Shown: one piece after another, positions 1 to 12,907 of the stretch | Layout of the letters: every line of letters starts with the position of its first letter | How positions within the stretch are numbered: the first letter of the stretch is position 1 | Source of the DNA: an uncultured Acidobacteriota bacterium | GTDB taxonomy: Bacteria; Acidobacteriota; Vicinamibacteria; Vicinamibacterales; CAVVIG01 | Length of the DNA stretch: 64,000 nucleotides | Assembly: GCA_963807925.1 (NCBI GenBank) | Contig: CAWEDP010000002.1 | Location: forward strand, 1,584,451 to 1,648,450 | Direction of reading: 5' to 3' | Notes under the pieces: model-generated | Told to the model about the DNA's origin: nothing | What the model saw: only the letters and a program-made list of their open reading frames with translations | Database searches by the model: none | Position numbers and translations under genes: made by a program

Positions 1-875
1 AGGCGCGAGGCCAGCAGGCCGCCCGTGCAGGATTCCGCGACCGCAATCCTCAGCCCCTTCGCGCGCAACAGCTCGCCCACGACCGCCTCCAGCTGCCGGC
101 CGTCGACGCTGTAGATCGAATCGCCGAGGACGCCGCGCATCTGGTCGACCGCCGCATCGAGCGCCCGATCGGCCTCCTCGCGGCTGTAGGCGCGCGCCGT
201 CAGATGCAGCTCGATCTGGCCGAGCACGGCCAGAATCGTCGTGCCGATCGGCACCTTCTGGGACGTCCACGTCGCGTACACCGGCTGCACGCGCGCGTCG
301 ACGTCGGATTCGGGGCGTCCGGTGACTCTGATCACGCGCCGGAACAGGCCCGCGCCCCCGGTCCGCGGAGCCAGCCGCTCGCGCACGACGGTTTCGAGCA
401 TCGGCTTCATCTCCCGCGGCGGGCCGGGCAGCAGGATGAGGGCGCTCTTCCCGTGCTGCAGCCACAGGCCGGGCGCGGTGCCGTTCGGATTGGGCAGCAC
501 GGTGGCGCCGCGCGGCACCATCGCCTGTCGCCGGTTGATGTCCGGCATCTGCATGCCGCGCCGGGCGAAGCGCTCCCGGATTCCGTCGACGATCGATGGA
601 TCGGGGGCCAGCGCTATCTTGAGCGCACGGGCGATCGCGTCGCGCGTGATGTCGTCCTCGGTCGGGCCGAGGCCGCCGGTGATCGCGATCACGTCGGCCC
701 AGGGCAGAGCGCCGTGCACCTGTCCGGCAAGCTCGTCGACGTCGTCGCCTACGACCAGCTTCAACCGCACGTCGATGCCGATCTCGTTGAAGCGCTCGGT
801 GATGAACAGCGAATTGCTGTCCAGCTTGAACGGCGTCAGCATTTCGCTGCCCACGGCGATGATGCAGGCTCTCAT
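1..875 (-). CDS. cinA: CinA-family protein (competence/damage-inducible, NMN amidohydrolase family); C-terminus cut by window edge
   Basis: Own translation of the minus strand from ATG (comp. 873-875): MRACIIAVGSEMLTPFKLDSNSLFITERFNEIGIDV...AITGGLGPTEDDITRDAIARAL...RIAVAESCTGGLLAS. It is not in the ORF track because it has no stop inside the window. Confidence 0.85.
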   Translation of the reverse strand, partial: MRACIIAVGSEMLTPFKLDSNSLFITERFNEIGIDVRLKLVVGDDVDELAGQVHGALPWADVIAITGGLGPTEDDITRDAIARALKIALAPDPSIVDGIRERFARRGMQMPDINRRQAMVPRGATVLPNPNGTAPGLWLQHGKSALILLPGPPREMKPMLETVVRERLAPRTGGAGLFRRVIRVTGRPESDVDARVQPVYATWTSQKVPIGTTILAVLGQIELHLTARAYSREEADRALDAAVDQMRGVLGDSIYSVDGRQLEAVVGELLRAKGLRIAVAESCTGGLLASR

Positions 876-902
876 GTCAGGTGGTCGTCTTCGCGCGGCG
901 CC

Positions 903-1361
903 TCACATCAGGCGATGAAATCCCCACACCGAGATGCGCAGCGCCACGTTCGCGTACACGGCGGCCATCGCATCGTCGGCCATCACGCCGACGCCCCCGT
1001 GCAACCGCTCCAGGCGATCGGCCGGAAACGGCTTGACGACGTCGAACGCGCGAAACAGCAGGAAGCCGACCGCCGCCCCCTTCCAGCCGACCGGGTTGAG
1101 AAAGAACGTGATGAGGATGCCGACGACTTCGTCGATGACGACTTCGGACGGATCCGTGCGCCCGAAATGCCGCTCGGCCACGCTGCCGCTCCACGAGCCC
1201 ACGACCAACAGCACGGCGATCGCCGTCGCCTGAGCGGCGGCCGACGAGGGCAGCACCGCCCAGAGCACGACGCCGACAATCGAGCCGAACGTGCCGGACG
1301 CAATCGGCACGTAGCCGACACCGCCGACCGTGGCGAGCAGCAGGCCGATCCGCCTGGTCAC
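903..1361 (-). CDS. pgpA: phosphatidylglycerophosphatase A
   Basis: C-terminal 152 aa of track ORF 903..2228(-): GVGYVPIASGTFGSIVGVVLWAVL...EVVIDEVVGILITFFL...LFRAFDVVKPFPADRLE. The GTG start (comp. 1359-1361) overlaps the upstream stop as GTGA. Confidence 0.85.
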   Translation of the reverse strand: MTRRIGLLLATVGGVGYVPIASGTFGSIVGVVLWAVLPSSAAAQATAIAVLLVVGSWSGSVAERHFGRTDPSEVVIDEVVGILITFFLNPVGWKGAAVGFLLFRAFDVVKPFPADRLERLHGGVGVMADDAMAAVYANVALRISVWGFHRLM

Positions 1362-2215
1362 GCGGAGGCGCGGACGACGCGCGTGCCGGCGAAGCGGTCG
1401 TGAAGTCCGCGGCGATCGGGTCGCCAGAGCGCGGTCAGAAAGCCCAGGCCCGCCGGGATGGCCAGCACGGTCCACACCAGGATGCGAAGGCCAGCGCGTC
1501 CGACGCCGAGCGGCTCGCCATCCTCCGCGGTGACCACGCGAATGCCGAGCGCCATCTTTCCGAGCGTCTGCCCGCCGGCGGTGAACGCGACCAGGTACCC
1601 GCCGTTCTGGAGCACCAGAAACGCCAGGAGCGGCGCCCGGGGCAAATCCGCCACGTCGGCGAGGGTCATGCCGCAGATCTGCACCGTCAGGTACACGACA
1701 GCCAGGTCGACCGCGGCCAGGATCAGGACGTCGATCGCGACGGCCAGAAGTCGCGACACCACGCCGGCATCGGCCGTACCCGCATCGGACGCAGTGGCGG
1801 CGGCGCTCGATCTGGCGGCGGCCCGAGAGGCAGCGCGGCCGGCGGCCGCGCTCTCGAAACCGAGGTCGAACGACTGCGGCTTCGGCTCGGCCCGGAGCCG
1901 CGGCGTGTCCGGCGTGGTACGGCGGACCGCCAGCGGCTGCCGCGGAGGAGACGCCTTCGTGATGAGCGGCGCATCGTCCACCGCGGCGAGCGGCTCGAAC
2001 AGGGGCAGATCGGGCGTCAAGCCGGGTGCGGCGGCGTGCGACGGGGTCTCTTTGAGAAAGCCGAGATCGTCGAGCGGACCGATCGGCTCGCGCTGTTCGT
2101 CCTGCAGGGGCAGTTCCGGGGCGGGCGGGCGGGCGGCCAGGGCGAGCTCGTAGCCGCAGTTGCGGCAGCGGTCCACCTGATCGAACCCGAGGTAGCCGCA
2201 CTTGGGACACTTCAT
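1358..2215 (-). CDS. RDD-family membrane protein with N-terminal zinc ribbon
   Basis: ATG at comp. 2213-2215. MKCPKCGYLGFDQVDRCRNCGYE (CxxC..CxxC), then a Pro-rich linker and a C-terminal multi-TM region ending WRPDRRGLHDRFAGTRVV (RDD motif). ATGA overlap with the upstream gene. Confidence 0.8.
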   Translation of the reverse strand: MKCPKCGYLGFDQVDRCRNCGYELALAARPPAPELPLQDEQREPIGPLDDLGFLKETPSHAAAPGLTPDLPLFEPLAAVDDAPLITKASPPRQPLAVRRTTPDTPRLRAEPKPQSFDLGFESAAAGRAASRAAARSSAAATASDAGTADAGVVSRLLAVAIDVLILAAVDLAVVYLTVQICGMTLADVADLPRAPLLAFLVLQNGGYLVAFTAGGQTLGKMALGIRVVTAEDGEPLGVGRAGLRILVWTVLAIPAGLGFLTALWRPDRRGLHDRFAGTRVVRASA

Positions 2216-3030
2216 GGCCGACGACCACCTATCGCAAGAAGCTGGCGCTGGATGTCGGCACGCGCGCTGTCGGCTTCCGCCTTCTCCGGATCGGTGGGGC
2301 GCACGGTTTCGAGGAGCGCCAGCGCCTGGTGCAGCTGGCCGCGCGCCGCGAGCACCCGGGCGCGGCCCAGCGCCATCTCGCTGCGCCGCGGCAGCGGCAG
2401 CCCGGCAGGGGGCGCCGGCGGCGCCGGGGAAATCACCGGCGAATCCTGCACACCCCACGCGGCGATCGGGTCCAAGCCGCTCCGTCTGGCCGCCACCGCC
2501 ACGGCGACGACGAGGGCGAGCGCAATGGCACCGGTCCAGGCCCAGGCGCGCGTGGCGGGGCCGGGGCGCGGAGGAACCGGCGGCCGGGCGTCGGTGGAGG
2601 CGCCGAGATCGCCGGGCGGCCACGGCGACTGGGAGGGGCGGACCGTGATCGGCGCCTGGCGCGTGAGACGATCCAGCAGCGGCGTGACGTCCACCGCCTG
2701 GGCGCCGTGCTCGACGGCCGCCTCGAGCAGCCGCCGCGCTTCGGCGTCCTCGCCGCGGTCGAGCGCGGCGGCCCCGCCGTGAAGCAGCTCCTCGGAATGG
2801 CGCTCCCGCTCGGCCAGCGCGGTGCGCGCACGTTCGATGTACGCGCGCGCCCGGGCGTGGCTGCGGTCGAAAAAGAGCGTCCGCGTCCAGACGTCGATGG
2901 CCTCGTCGTAGCGGCGGGCGAAGTAGTGATCGAGGCCGGCGACGAGCAGCTGCTCGATCTTCGCGTCGCGATCGGCCTGCGACGCGTCGTCGAGTGCGCG
3001 TGCGCCTTCGGTGCGCAACGGGTCGGGCAT
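2212..3030 (-). CDS. TPR-like membrane-anchored hypothetical protein
   Basis: Track ORF of 272 aa. Helical repeat segments (HYFARRYDEAIDVWTRTLFFDRSHARARAYIERA; RARVLAARGQLHQALALLE) flank one predicted TM helix (WTGAIALALVVAVAVAA). High GC3 in this frame. Confidence 0.6.
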   Translation of the reverse strand: MPDPLRTEGARALDDASQADRDAKIEQLLVAGLDHYFARRYDEAIDVWTRTLFFDRSHARARAYIERARTALAERERHSEELLHGGAAALDRGEDAEARRLLEAAVEHGAQAVDVTPLLDRLTRQAPITVRPSQSPWPPGDLGASTDARPPVPPRPGPATRAWAWTGAIALALVVAVAVAARRSGLDPIAAWGVQDSPVISPAPPAPPAGLPLPRRSEMALGRARVLAARGQLHQALALLETVRPTDPEKAEADSARADIQRQLLAIGGRRP

Positions 3031-3063
3031 AGAGGCGCGAGGTCGGGGCGGATTATAGCATCG

Positions 3064-4463
<1,400 letters not shown>

Positions 4464-4470
<7 letters not shown>

Positions 4471-6722
4471 GGCAGGTCGATGGTGAATCGGGTGCCGTGC
4501 GGGGTGTTCTCCGCGACATCGATGCTGCCGCCGTGCTCCGCGATGATCCGCCGGACGATCGCGAGCCCGAGTCCGCTGCCGCGCCGTTTGGTCGAGTAGT
4601 ACGGGAGGAACAGCTTGTCGCGCTCGGCCGGCGGAATGCCGGGGCCGTCGTCGGCGACGATCACGCGCACGACGCTGTCGGCGCGATCGACCTGCGTCTC
4701 GAGCACGATGGCGCCGCGCCGCTCCAGCGCTTCGATGGCGTTGTCGACGAGGTTGATGATCACGCGCCGGATCTGCTCCGGGTCCAGCCGCACCAGCGGG
4801 GCGCCCTCGGCGAAGCGCCGCACGAAGCGGATGTCGCCGAACAGGCCGTCGTAGAGCGACAGCGACTCGGCAATCAGCTGCGCGAGGTCGGTCGGCACCG
4901 TCCGCGGCGCCGGCATCCGCGCGAACTGCGAGAACTCGTCGACCAGCCCCTTGAGCGATTCCACCTCGCCCACGATCGTCGTCGTGCATTCGTCGACCAG
5001 CGCCCGGGCGGGGGGCGGCGCGCCCGCGAAGTGCCGGCGGAGCCGCTCCGCGCAGAGCTGGATGGGCGTCAGCGGGTTCTTGATCTCGTGGGCGAGCCGG
5101 CGGGCCACCTCGCGCCACGCGGCCACCCGCTGCGCGCGGATGAGCGGCGTCACGTCGTCGAGCACGAGCACGGCGCCCGCCGAATCGCCGCCTTCGCCGA
5201 CCAGCGCCGTCGCCGCGACCGCCAGGTGCACTTCGTGGCCGTCGCGTGCGATCGCCATCTCCTGCGCCGGCGGCTGGCCGCCGGCCCGCGCCGCGCCGCC
5301 GAGGAGCCCGGCGATCGGCTGCAGCTCGGGCCGGTTCAGCGCGCTGCGCGCGGGGCTGCCGACGCTCGCCTGGTTCACGCTGAGCAGCCGCGCGGCGGCG
5401 TTGTTGATCGTCGTGATCGTGCCCGCCGCGTCGACCGAGACCACGCCGGTGGTGATGCGGTCGAGGATCGTTTCGATGTACCGGCGGCGCGCCTCGACCT
5501 CCTGGTGCTTGCGTTCGAGCTCGTGCGTGGACTGGTCGATCTTGCGCCGGCTGGCCGCGAGCTCGCCCGCCATCGCGTTGAAGGCCTCGACCAGCGATCC
5601 GAATTCGTCGTTGCTCTGCGGCTCGACGTGCTGATCCAGATGCCCGGCGCCGATTTCGCGGGCGGCCGCCGCGAGCATCTGCACCGGCCGTGTGATGCGC
5701 TTGGCGAGATAGAGGCCCATCCAGGTCGAGCCCACGAGGATGAGGAGCGTCACCATCAGGAAGAACGAGAGGTACACGCCGGTGAGCGGCCGCTTCAGGA
5801 CGCGCAGCTGGGTGTAGTTCTCGTACGCCTGCGTCATGCGCCGCGATCGCGCCGCCAGATCGCCTTTGAGGACGTCGCTCGCGACGAGGACGCCGGCCGG
5901 CCGGCCGTTCCTGCCGGCGATCACCGCGGCCGCGTGCAGCAGATCGCCGGACCGGCCGAGCGGCTCGACCGAGTGCGCCTCGCCCTGTCCCGCGAGGACC
6001 CGCGCGGCCAGCCGCTCGGCGGACGCGCGGCCGTAGCCGGCCGGCAGGTCTGTGGCGGCGACATCGACAATCGGCTCAAGCCCAGTCCGTCCGCCCGCAC
6101 GGAACACCCGCACCATCTGCACGCGGCGCAGCGTCACGTCGGGCGCCACGAGGTCGCGGACCGTCTTCACGTCGGCGGCGCCGAGATCGACCGCCCCCAG
6201 CGCGCGGGCCAGCCGGCGGGCCTGATCGGTGACCTGCAGCTCGCGCTCCTGGTAGTAATCGCCCGCGATCTGATTGGCCGACGAGAGGATGTCCTCCATC
6301 GGCGCGTTGAACCAGTTGTCGATGCTCGTCCGGATGAATTCGCTGCCCGCGATCAGCACGAGGACGGCGGGCACGATCGTCATGCTGAGCAGCACGGCGA
6401 CCAGCTTGGCCCGAAACCGCGCGAACGGCAGCGCGCGGCGGCGCTCCACGAGGAGCTTGATGATGTTGCGCGCCAGCACGAACACCAGCGCCGCGATCAT
6501 CGTGAGGTCGGCCGCCGACAGCGCGTAGAGCACGACCTCGCTGAGAAAATCGGGCGCCAGCTTCGGCGTGCGGTTCGCGATGACGTAGATCGCGACCAGG
6601 ACCGACACCAGCACCGCGATCCCCGCGAGAATCAGCCGCGGGTTGTCGCGGAAGCGCCGCCGCGGCACGGATCGCGGCCGAAGGTCGGCGCGGGGCGCGG
6701 AGGAGGTGACCGTCGCAGGCAT
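4464..6722 (-). CDS. sensor histidine kinase, NtrY-like architecture (N-terminal TM helices, HAMP, PAS, HisKA, HATPase)
   Basis: Track ORF of 752 aa. N-terminal hydrophobic helices, H-box LAHEIKNPLTPIQL, N-box VIINLVDNAIEA, G-boxes DDGPGI and GSGLGLAIV. Translationally coupled to the downstream regulator. Confidence 0.85.
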
Positions 6723-6752
6723 CAGATTCAGACGGACCGGGCGGGACGGGGC

Positions 6753-7211
6753 TCACTCCTTGACGTTCAGCAGGCCCTTGAGCTCGTCCCAGAATTCGCC
6801 GATGTCGCGGAAGTGCTTGTAGACCGACGCGAACCGCACGTACGCCACCTTGTCGAGCTTGCGCAGTTCTTCCATGACGAACGATCCGATGTCAGCGGTC
6901 GCAATCTCCTTCTCGGACCGCTCCTGCAGCGTGGCCTCGACGCGATCGGCAATCGATTCGAGCGCCGCGACGCTGACCGGCCGCTTCTCGCAGGCCTTGA
7001 GCAGGCCGTGCACCAGCTTCTGGCGATCGAACCGCTCCCGCGTGCCGTCCTTCTTGACGACCATGTACGGGATCTCGTCGATTCGCTCGTAGCTCGTGAA
7101 ACGCTTGCCGCACTCGAGACACTCGCGCCGGCGGCGGATGACCTCGCCCTCCCGGCTTTCGCGCGAGTCGACGACCTTGTCGCCGAGGTGGCCGCAGTAG
7201 GGACACTTCAT
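6753..7211 (-). CDS. nrdR: transcriptional repressor NrdR
   Basis: [44 protein letters not shown] is the zinc ribbon; an ATP-cone follows ([16 protein letters not shown]...). 152 aa. Confidence 0.95.
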   Translation of the reverse strand: MKCPYCGHLGDKVVDSRESREGEVIRRRRECLECGKRFTSYERIDEIPYMVVKKDGTRERFDRQKLVHGLLKACEKRPVSVAALESIADRVEATLQERSEKEIATADIGSFVMEELRKLDKVAYVRFASVYKHFRDIGEFWDELKGLLNVKE

Positions 7212-7214
7212 CGC

Positions 7215-8255
7215 TCAGATCGTGCGTCCCGGCGGGGTCTGTTCGGCGAGGCGCCGCATGCCGCCCATGTTGAGGCCCGCCTGCGCCGCGAAGAGCAGCC
7301 CGAGCAGCAGCCCCGGTCCGATCGACAGCAGGTGCAGGACGATGGCGGCGGCCACCGCCGTGTCGTCGTCTGCCGCGAAGAAGACCGTCGACGCCACCCG
7401 GAACGCCGCGTGAAAGCCGCCGACCGCGCCCGGCGTCGGCACGGCGACTCCCAGCACGAGGACCGCCTGCAGGAGGAACGATCCGGCGAACGAGATGTCC
7501 ATGCCGAACGCCTCGGTCACCGCCCAGATGCCCAGACAGATCGACAGCCACAACGGAAACGACCAGATGAGGGCCAGCAGGAGGCGGCCCGGGCGGCGAA
7601 TCGCCCCGAGCCCGAGCGCGAACTTCTCGGCGATGCGCGCGACCAGGCCGGCGAACGCCGACGGCACGACCTGCTCCAGCCGCGCGAGCGTTCGTCCGAG
7701 ACGTCCGGGATCGCCCGCCATGACGAACAGCACGGCCAGCGCGACGATCGAGGCGACGCCGGCCAGGCCGGCCGTCCACTTCACCGCGAGGAACGCGGCC
7801 GAACTGGCCGTGCCGCGCTCGCGTCCGGGACCGAAGACGTACACCGCGAGGAGGATCAGCACGGTGACCGTGTCGAGCAGCCGCTCCAGGATCACGGTGG
7901 CGAAGGCGCCGGTCGCCGACATCCGCTCGTCGCGTCGCGTCGTGCGCGCCAGAAAATACGGGCGAATGACTTCGCCGGCGCGTGCCGGCAGGATGCTCGT
8001 CGCCGCAAAGCCGACGGCGGTCGCCCGGAACGCCGGCCCGAACGGCGTCGGACCGAGCGGCGCGAGCAGGAATTTCCATCGCCACGCGCGAATCACCAGG
8101 TTGGCGAAGCTCGTGGCGAGCGACAGCGCCAGCCACCGCGGCCTGGCGCGCACGATGTCGGCCGCGACGCGCCAGAGGTCGATGTTGTGCAGGAACAGCG
8201 CCAACAGCCCGACCACGAGGACGAGCACGAGCGCGGCCCGCAAATGCGATCGCAT
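7215..8255 (-). CDS. flippase-like multi-TM protein (UPF0104 / lysyl-phosphatidylglycerol-synthase TM-domain family)
   Basis: Track ORF of 346 aa with about 8 hydrophobic helices. N-terminus ...LFLHNIDLWRVAADIVRARPRWLALSLATSFANLVIRAWRWKFLL is typical of this family as I recall it. Confidence 0.65.
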   Translation of the reverse strand: MRSHLRAALVLVLVVGLLALFLHNIDLWRVAADIVRARPRWLALSLATSFANLVIRAWRWKFLLAPLGPTPFGPAFRATAVGFAATSILPARAGEVIRPYFLARTTRRDERMSATGAFATVILERLLDTVTVLILLAVYVFGPGRERGTASSAAFLAVKWTAGLAGVASIVALAVLFVMAGDPGRLGRTLARLEQVVPSAFAGLVARIAEKFALGLGAIRRPGRLLLALIWSFPLWLSICLGIWAVTEAFGMDISFAGSFLLQAVLVLGVAVPTPGAVGGFHAAFRVASTVFFAADDDTAVAAAIVLHLLSIGPGLLLGLLFAAQAGLNMGGMRRLAEQTPPGRTI

Positions 8256-8348
8256 GACGTGAAACGCCCTCTACTATAACGCCCTACGGCGTCGCGGCGA
8301 TGACGCCGCTACATGTTGTTGTTGTCACCTCGTCGAGGTTTCTGTAGG

Positions 8349-9296
8349 ATGGCGCGTCTCTCTTCGGCAGAGGATCTGTTGCCGGTTTCCTCACCGCTCC
8401 TCGACACCACACTCCGCCAGCGGCCACCCGACCGGCGCGGCAAGGTCAGGGATATCTACGAAGCCGGCGACGCCTTGATCATCGTCGCCACCGATCGCAT
8501 CTCGGCCTTCGACTACGTGCTCGGTTCGGGCATTCCCGACAAAGGCAAGGTGCTCACGCAGCTCTCGGCGTTCTGGTTCGAACGCACGCGCGATCTCGTC
8601 GAGAACCACATGCGCTCGATCGATCCCGCCGACTTTCCCGGCGTCGACGCGCGGGACGCCGAGCTGCTGCGCGGCCGGTCGATGCTCGTCACGCGGACCG
8701 AGCCGCTGCCGATCGAATGCGTCGCGCGAGGGTATCTCTCGGGGTCCGGATGGAAGGACTATGTCGCGACCGGCCAGGTGTGCGGCACGCGGCTGCCGGC
8801 GGGCCTGCGCGAGTCCGACCGCCTGCCGGAACCCATCTTCACGCCCGCCACGAAAGCGGCGAGCGGCCACGACGTCAACATCACCGAGTCGGAGGCGCGC
8901 GATCGCGTCGGGGCCGCCGTGTTCGACCGCGTCCGCCAGTTGACGCTGCGGCTCTACGCGGAGGGCGCCGCACACGCCGAATCCTGCGGCATCATCGTCG
9001 CCGACACGAAGTTCGAGTTCGGCCTGCTGCCGGCCGGGGGCGGTTCCGACGAGCCGCGGGTCCTGCTGATCGACGAAGTCCTGACGCCGGACTCCTCGCG
9101 CTTCTGGCCGGGCGATCAGTACGTGCCCGGCGGTCCGCAACCGAGCTTCGACAAGCAGTTCGTCCGCGACTATCTCGAGCGCATTCACTGGGACAAGCAG
9201 CCGCCGGTTCCCTCGCTGCCCGACGACGTGATCGCCAAGACGCACGACAAGTACGTCGAGGCGCTCCGCCGGCTGACCGGCCGGGATCTGCAATGA
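8349..9296 (+). CDS. purC: phosphoribosylaminoimidazole-succinocarboxamide (SAICAR) synthase
   Basis: GKVRDIYEAGDALIIVATDRISAFDYVLGSGIPDKGKVLTQLSAFWF...ADTKFEFG...LIDEVLTPDSSRFW. The start is taken at the second ATG (8349); the track ORF begins at 8313. Confidence 0.9.
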   Translation: MARLSSAEDLLPVSSPLLDTTLRQRPPDRRGKVRDIYEAGDALIIVATDRISAFDYVLGSGIPDKGKVLTQLSAFWFERTRDLVENHMRSIDPADFPGVDARDAELLRGRSMLVTRTEPLPIECVARGYLSGSGWKDYVATGQVCGTRLPAGLRESDRLPEPIFTPATKAASGHDVNITESEARDRVGAAVFDRVRQLTLRLYAEGAAHAESCGIIVADTKFEFGLLPAGGGSDEPRVLLIDEVLTPDSSRFWPGDQYVPGGPQPSFDKQFVRDYLERIHWDKQPPVPSLPDDVIAKTHDKYVEALRRLTGRDLQ

Positions 9297-9514
9297 TCGC
9301 GGACCGGCTCCAGAAACTCGTCGATGAGATGGTGGAGACCGGCGTGCGGTTCGACGACGCGGTCTGCGAATTCGAGAAGCGGTTCATCACGCGAATGCTG
9401 GTGCGGGCCGACGGCAGCCTGACCAAGACCGCCGACGCGCTCGGCATGCACCGCAACACCCTCAGCCGGAAGATGGGACGCTACAAGATCAAGCGCTTGA
9501 AGATTTCGGAGTGA
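9293..9514 (+). CDS. small stand-alone Fis-type HTH DNA-binding protein
   Basis: ATG at 9293 overlaps the purC stop (ATGA). MIADRLQKLVDEMVETGVRFDDAVCEFEKRFITRMLVRADGSLTKTADALGMHRNTLSRKMGRYKIK; the C-terminus matches the HTH_8/Fis motif. Confidence 0.7.
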   Translation: MIADRLQKLVDEMVETGVRFDDAVCEFEKRFITRMLVRADGSLTKTADALGMHRNTLSRKMGRYKIKRLKISE

Positions 9515-9574
9515 AGCGTCGGGCTCGCCGGAGCCGGGCACTCGCGCAGGGGCGGGCGGTCCGGGATGGGCGGG

Positions 9575-9601
9575 TTGGCAGTCCGGCCTTGACACTGCCA
9601 A
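9575..9601 (+). promoter_or_regulatory. CIRCE-like inverted repeat 1 (putative HrcA operator), overlaps the -35
   Basis: TTGGCAGTC-N9-CACTGCCAA; the arms are complementary at 8/9 positions. CIRCE consensus is TTAGCACTC-N9-GAGTGCTAA. Confidence 0.6.
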
Positions 9602-9616
9602 CCGCTTCCGTATAAT
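9589..9616 (+). promoter_or_regulatory. sigma70-type promoter of groES-groEL
   Basis: TTGACA (9589-9594), 16-nt spacer, TATAAT (9611-9616), about 90 nt upstream of groES. Confidence 0.75.
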
Positions 9617-9642
9617 TAGCAGTCGCGCTCGGCGAGTGCCAA
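9616..9642 (+). promoter_or_regulatory. CIRCE element 2 (HrcA operator) at the transcript start
   Basis: TTAGCAGTC-GCGCTCGGC-GAGTGCCAA, one mismatch per arm to the CIRCE consensus, directly abutting the -10. Confidence 0.8.
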
Positions 9643-9703
9643 CCCACATCAACTTCCACGCGCCCGCCAGACGCGAAACCACTTCGAGACGGAGCATACA
9701 CCG

Positions 9704-10015
9704 ATGAACGTCAGACCGCTGCACGACCGCATCATTGTTCACCGCATCGAGGAAGGCGAACAGAAAGTCGGCGGAATCATCATCCCCGACAGCGCCAAGG
9801 AAAAGCCCCAGCAGGGCAAGGTCATCGCCGCCGGCAACGGCAAGACGCGCGATGACGGCAAGCGCCAGCCGCTCGACGTGAAGGCCGGCGACACGATTCT
9901 CTTCGGCAAGTACTCGGGCCAGGAGATCAAGCTCGACGGCGAGGAGTACCTGATCATGCGAGAGGACGAAGTCCTCGCGGTGATCGAGGGCGGCGAGACA
10001 AAGAAGAAGAAGTAA
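9704..10015 (+). CDS. groES: co-chaperonin GroES
   Basis: [44 protein letters not shown]... Confidence 0.97.
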   Translation: MNVRPLHDRIIVHRIEEGEQKVGGIIIPDSAKEKPQQGKVIAAGNGKTRDDGKRQPLDVKAGDTILFGKYSGQEIKLDGEEYLIMREDEVLAVIEGGETKKKK

Positions 10016-11695
<1,680 letters not shown>

Positions 11696-11767
11696 AGGAC
11701 CGTACGGTCGGATGACCGTTCGGGTGACCTGCGACGTCGTCGCTTGTACAATCGCAGTCGTGAATGG

Positions 11768-11804
11768 AAGGGGCCCGGAAGGAGCGATCCTCGCCGGGCC
11801 CCTT
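11768..11804. terminator. bidirectional stem-loop between convergent groEL and the TonB-family gene
   Basis: AAGGGGCCCGG (11768-11778), 15-nt loop, CCGGGCCCCTT (11794-11804), followed by GCTTTCT. Perfect 11-bp stem, weak T tract. Confidence 0.55.
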
Positions 11805-11810
11805 GCTTTC

Positions 11811-12731
11811 TCAGCGCAAGGTGAAGGTGAGCTCGATTGTGATGGTGACCGGCACCGGTTCGCCCCGGAGCGTGCCGGGACGAAAGCGCCACTGGCGGGC
11901 GGCTTTCACCGCTTCCTGATCGAGACCGAATGTCGAGTCGAGGGACCGCACCACCTGGACGTCGCCGACGGTGCCATCGGACTTGACCACGCACTCGACC
12001 AGGACCGTACCCTGAATCTTCGCGCGCATCGCGTCGGACGTGTACTGCGGCCTGACCTCCCGCAGGAGCACCGGCGTGGTCACGCCGCTGCCAAGCCGGT
12101 ACACGCCGCCGCCGGTGCCGCCGCCGCTGCCGGGTCCCAGCCCGGGTCCGCTGCCGGGACCGATGCCGCTGCCGGTGCCGGTGCCGGCTCCGCCACCGCT
12201 GCCCGAGCCCTGAGAGAGCGTCGGCGGTCCGGGCGGCCCCTCGATCGCGCCAGGCAGCGAGTCCTTCGACGCGGCGAGCTCTTTGGCCGGAATCACGAGC
12301 TGCTCCACCGGGTTCGGCTCGACTTTGGCGACCCTGGGCGGCTCGAGCGTGGGCGCCGGCTTGGCGACCGGAACCGTCAGCTTGTCCTTGCCGGGCAGCT
12401 CCGCCTTCCGCGGCGGATCCTTCATCTTGTTGCCGCCGCCACCGCCGCCGCCGCCCGGACCCGGCTGGGCGAGCCAGATGATCCCGTTGGGTGGCTGCAT
12501 CGGCAACACCGGCTGACCGCTGACCGTCTGATTGCTGGACCGGACGAGCAGGATGGCGAACAGCACGAACGCCGCGTGCCAGAACAGCGACGCGATGGCC
12601 GCGGGGCCGATGCGCTGCCGCTGTTTCTCGAATGAAAAACTGATGTCCGAGGATCCGCTCTGATCGAGATGGACCGACAGATGGCCGGCCGACGAGTTGT
12701 CGCGAAGCGCCGGGTGCGTGGGCTCTTGCAT
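11811..12731 (-). CDS. TonB-family energy transducer
   Basis: N-terminal TM helix (IASLFWHAAFVLFAILLV), Pro/Gly-rich spacer, C-terminal TonB domain PQYTSDAMRAKIQGTVLVECVVKSDGTVGDVQVVRSLDSTFGLDQEAVKAARQWRFRPG. Start taken at ATG 12731 (MQEPTH); the track ORF extends to 12815. Confidence 0.8.
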   Translation of the reverse strand: MQEPTHPALRDNSSAGHLSVHLDQSGSSDISFSFEKQRQRIGPAAIASLFWHAAFVLFAILLVRSSNQTVSGQPVLPMQPPNGIIWLAQPGPGGGGGGGGNKMKDPPRKAELPGKDKLTVPVAKPAPTLEPPRVAKVEPNPVEQLVIPAKELAASKDSLPGAIEGPPGPPTLSQGSGSGGGAGTGTGSGIGPGSGPGLGPGSGGGTGGGVYRLGSGVTTPVLLREVRPQYTSDAMRAKIQGTVLVECVVKSDGTVGDVQVVRSLDSTFGLDQEAVKAARQWRFRPGTLRGEPVPVTITIELTFTLR

Positions 12732-12907
12732 GGAAACCGGGACGATGGTGGTATTTTCGCGCACGCCTGCGGGCCGCCGCAACTGCAAAAGAGATGCCTC
12801 AGGAATACGTCGCAAATATTATGACGTCCGCCGCACGGTCCGGGTCGTTGTCCTCTCGTTCTCGGTCGCCCATCTGTCGGGCTGGCGATCCCGCGCTCGT
12901 GCGCCGA

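Noticed and set aside
4497-8279. 1260-aa plus-strand track ORF, and similar giants at 35701..38973(-), 40259..43252(-), 44388..47024(-), 56354..58669(-) and 204..1403(+)
   Set aside because: They are antisense to, or out of frame with, recognisable genes, have extreme R/A/G/P/D composition and no recognisable motifs. These are typical high-GC shadow ORFs. Short in-frame stretches of some were used only where they carry fragments of frameshifted genes.
9575-9592. TGGCAG...TTGA resembling a sigma-54 -24/-12 promoter upstream of groES
   Set aside because: The spacing between GG and the TTG is 2 nt too long and the GC of the -12 element is missing. The sequence is better explained as a CIRCE arm plus a sigma70 -35.
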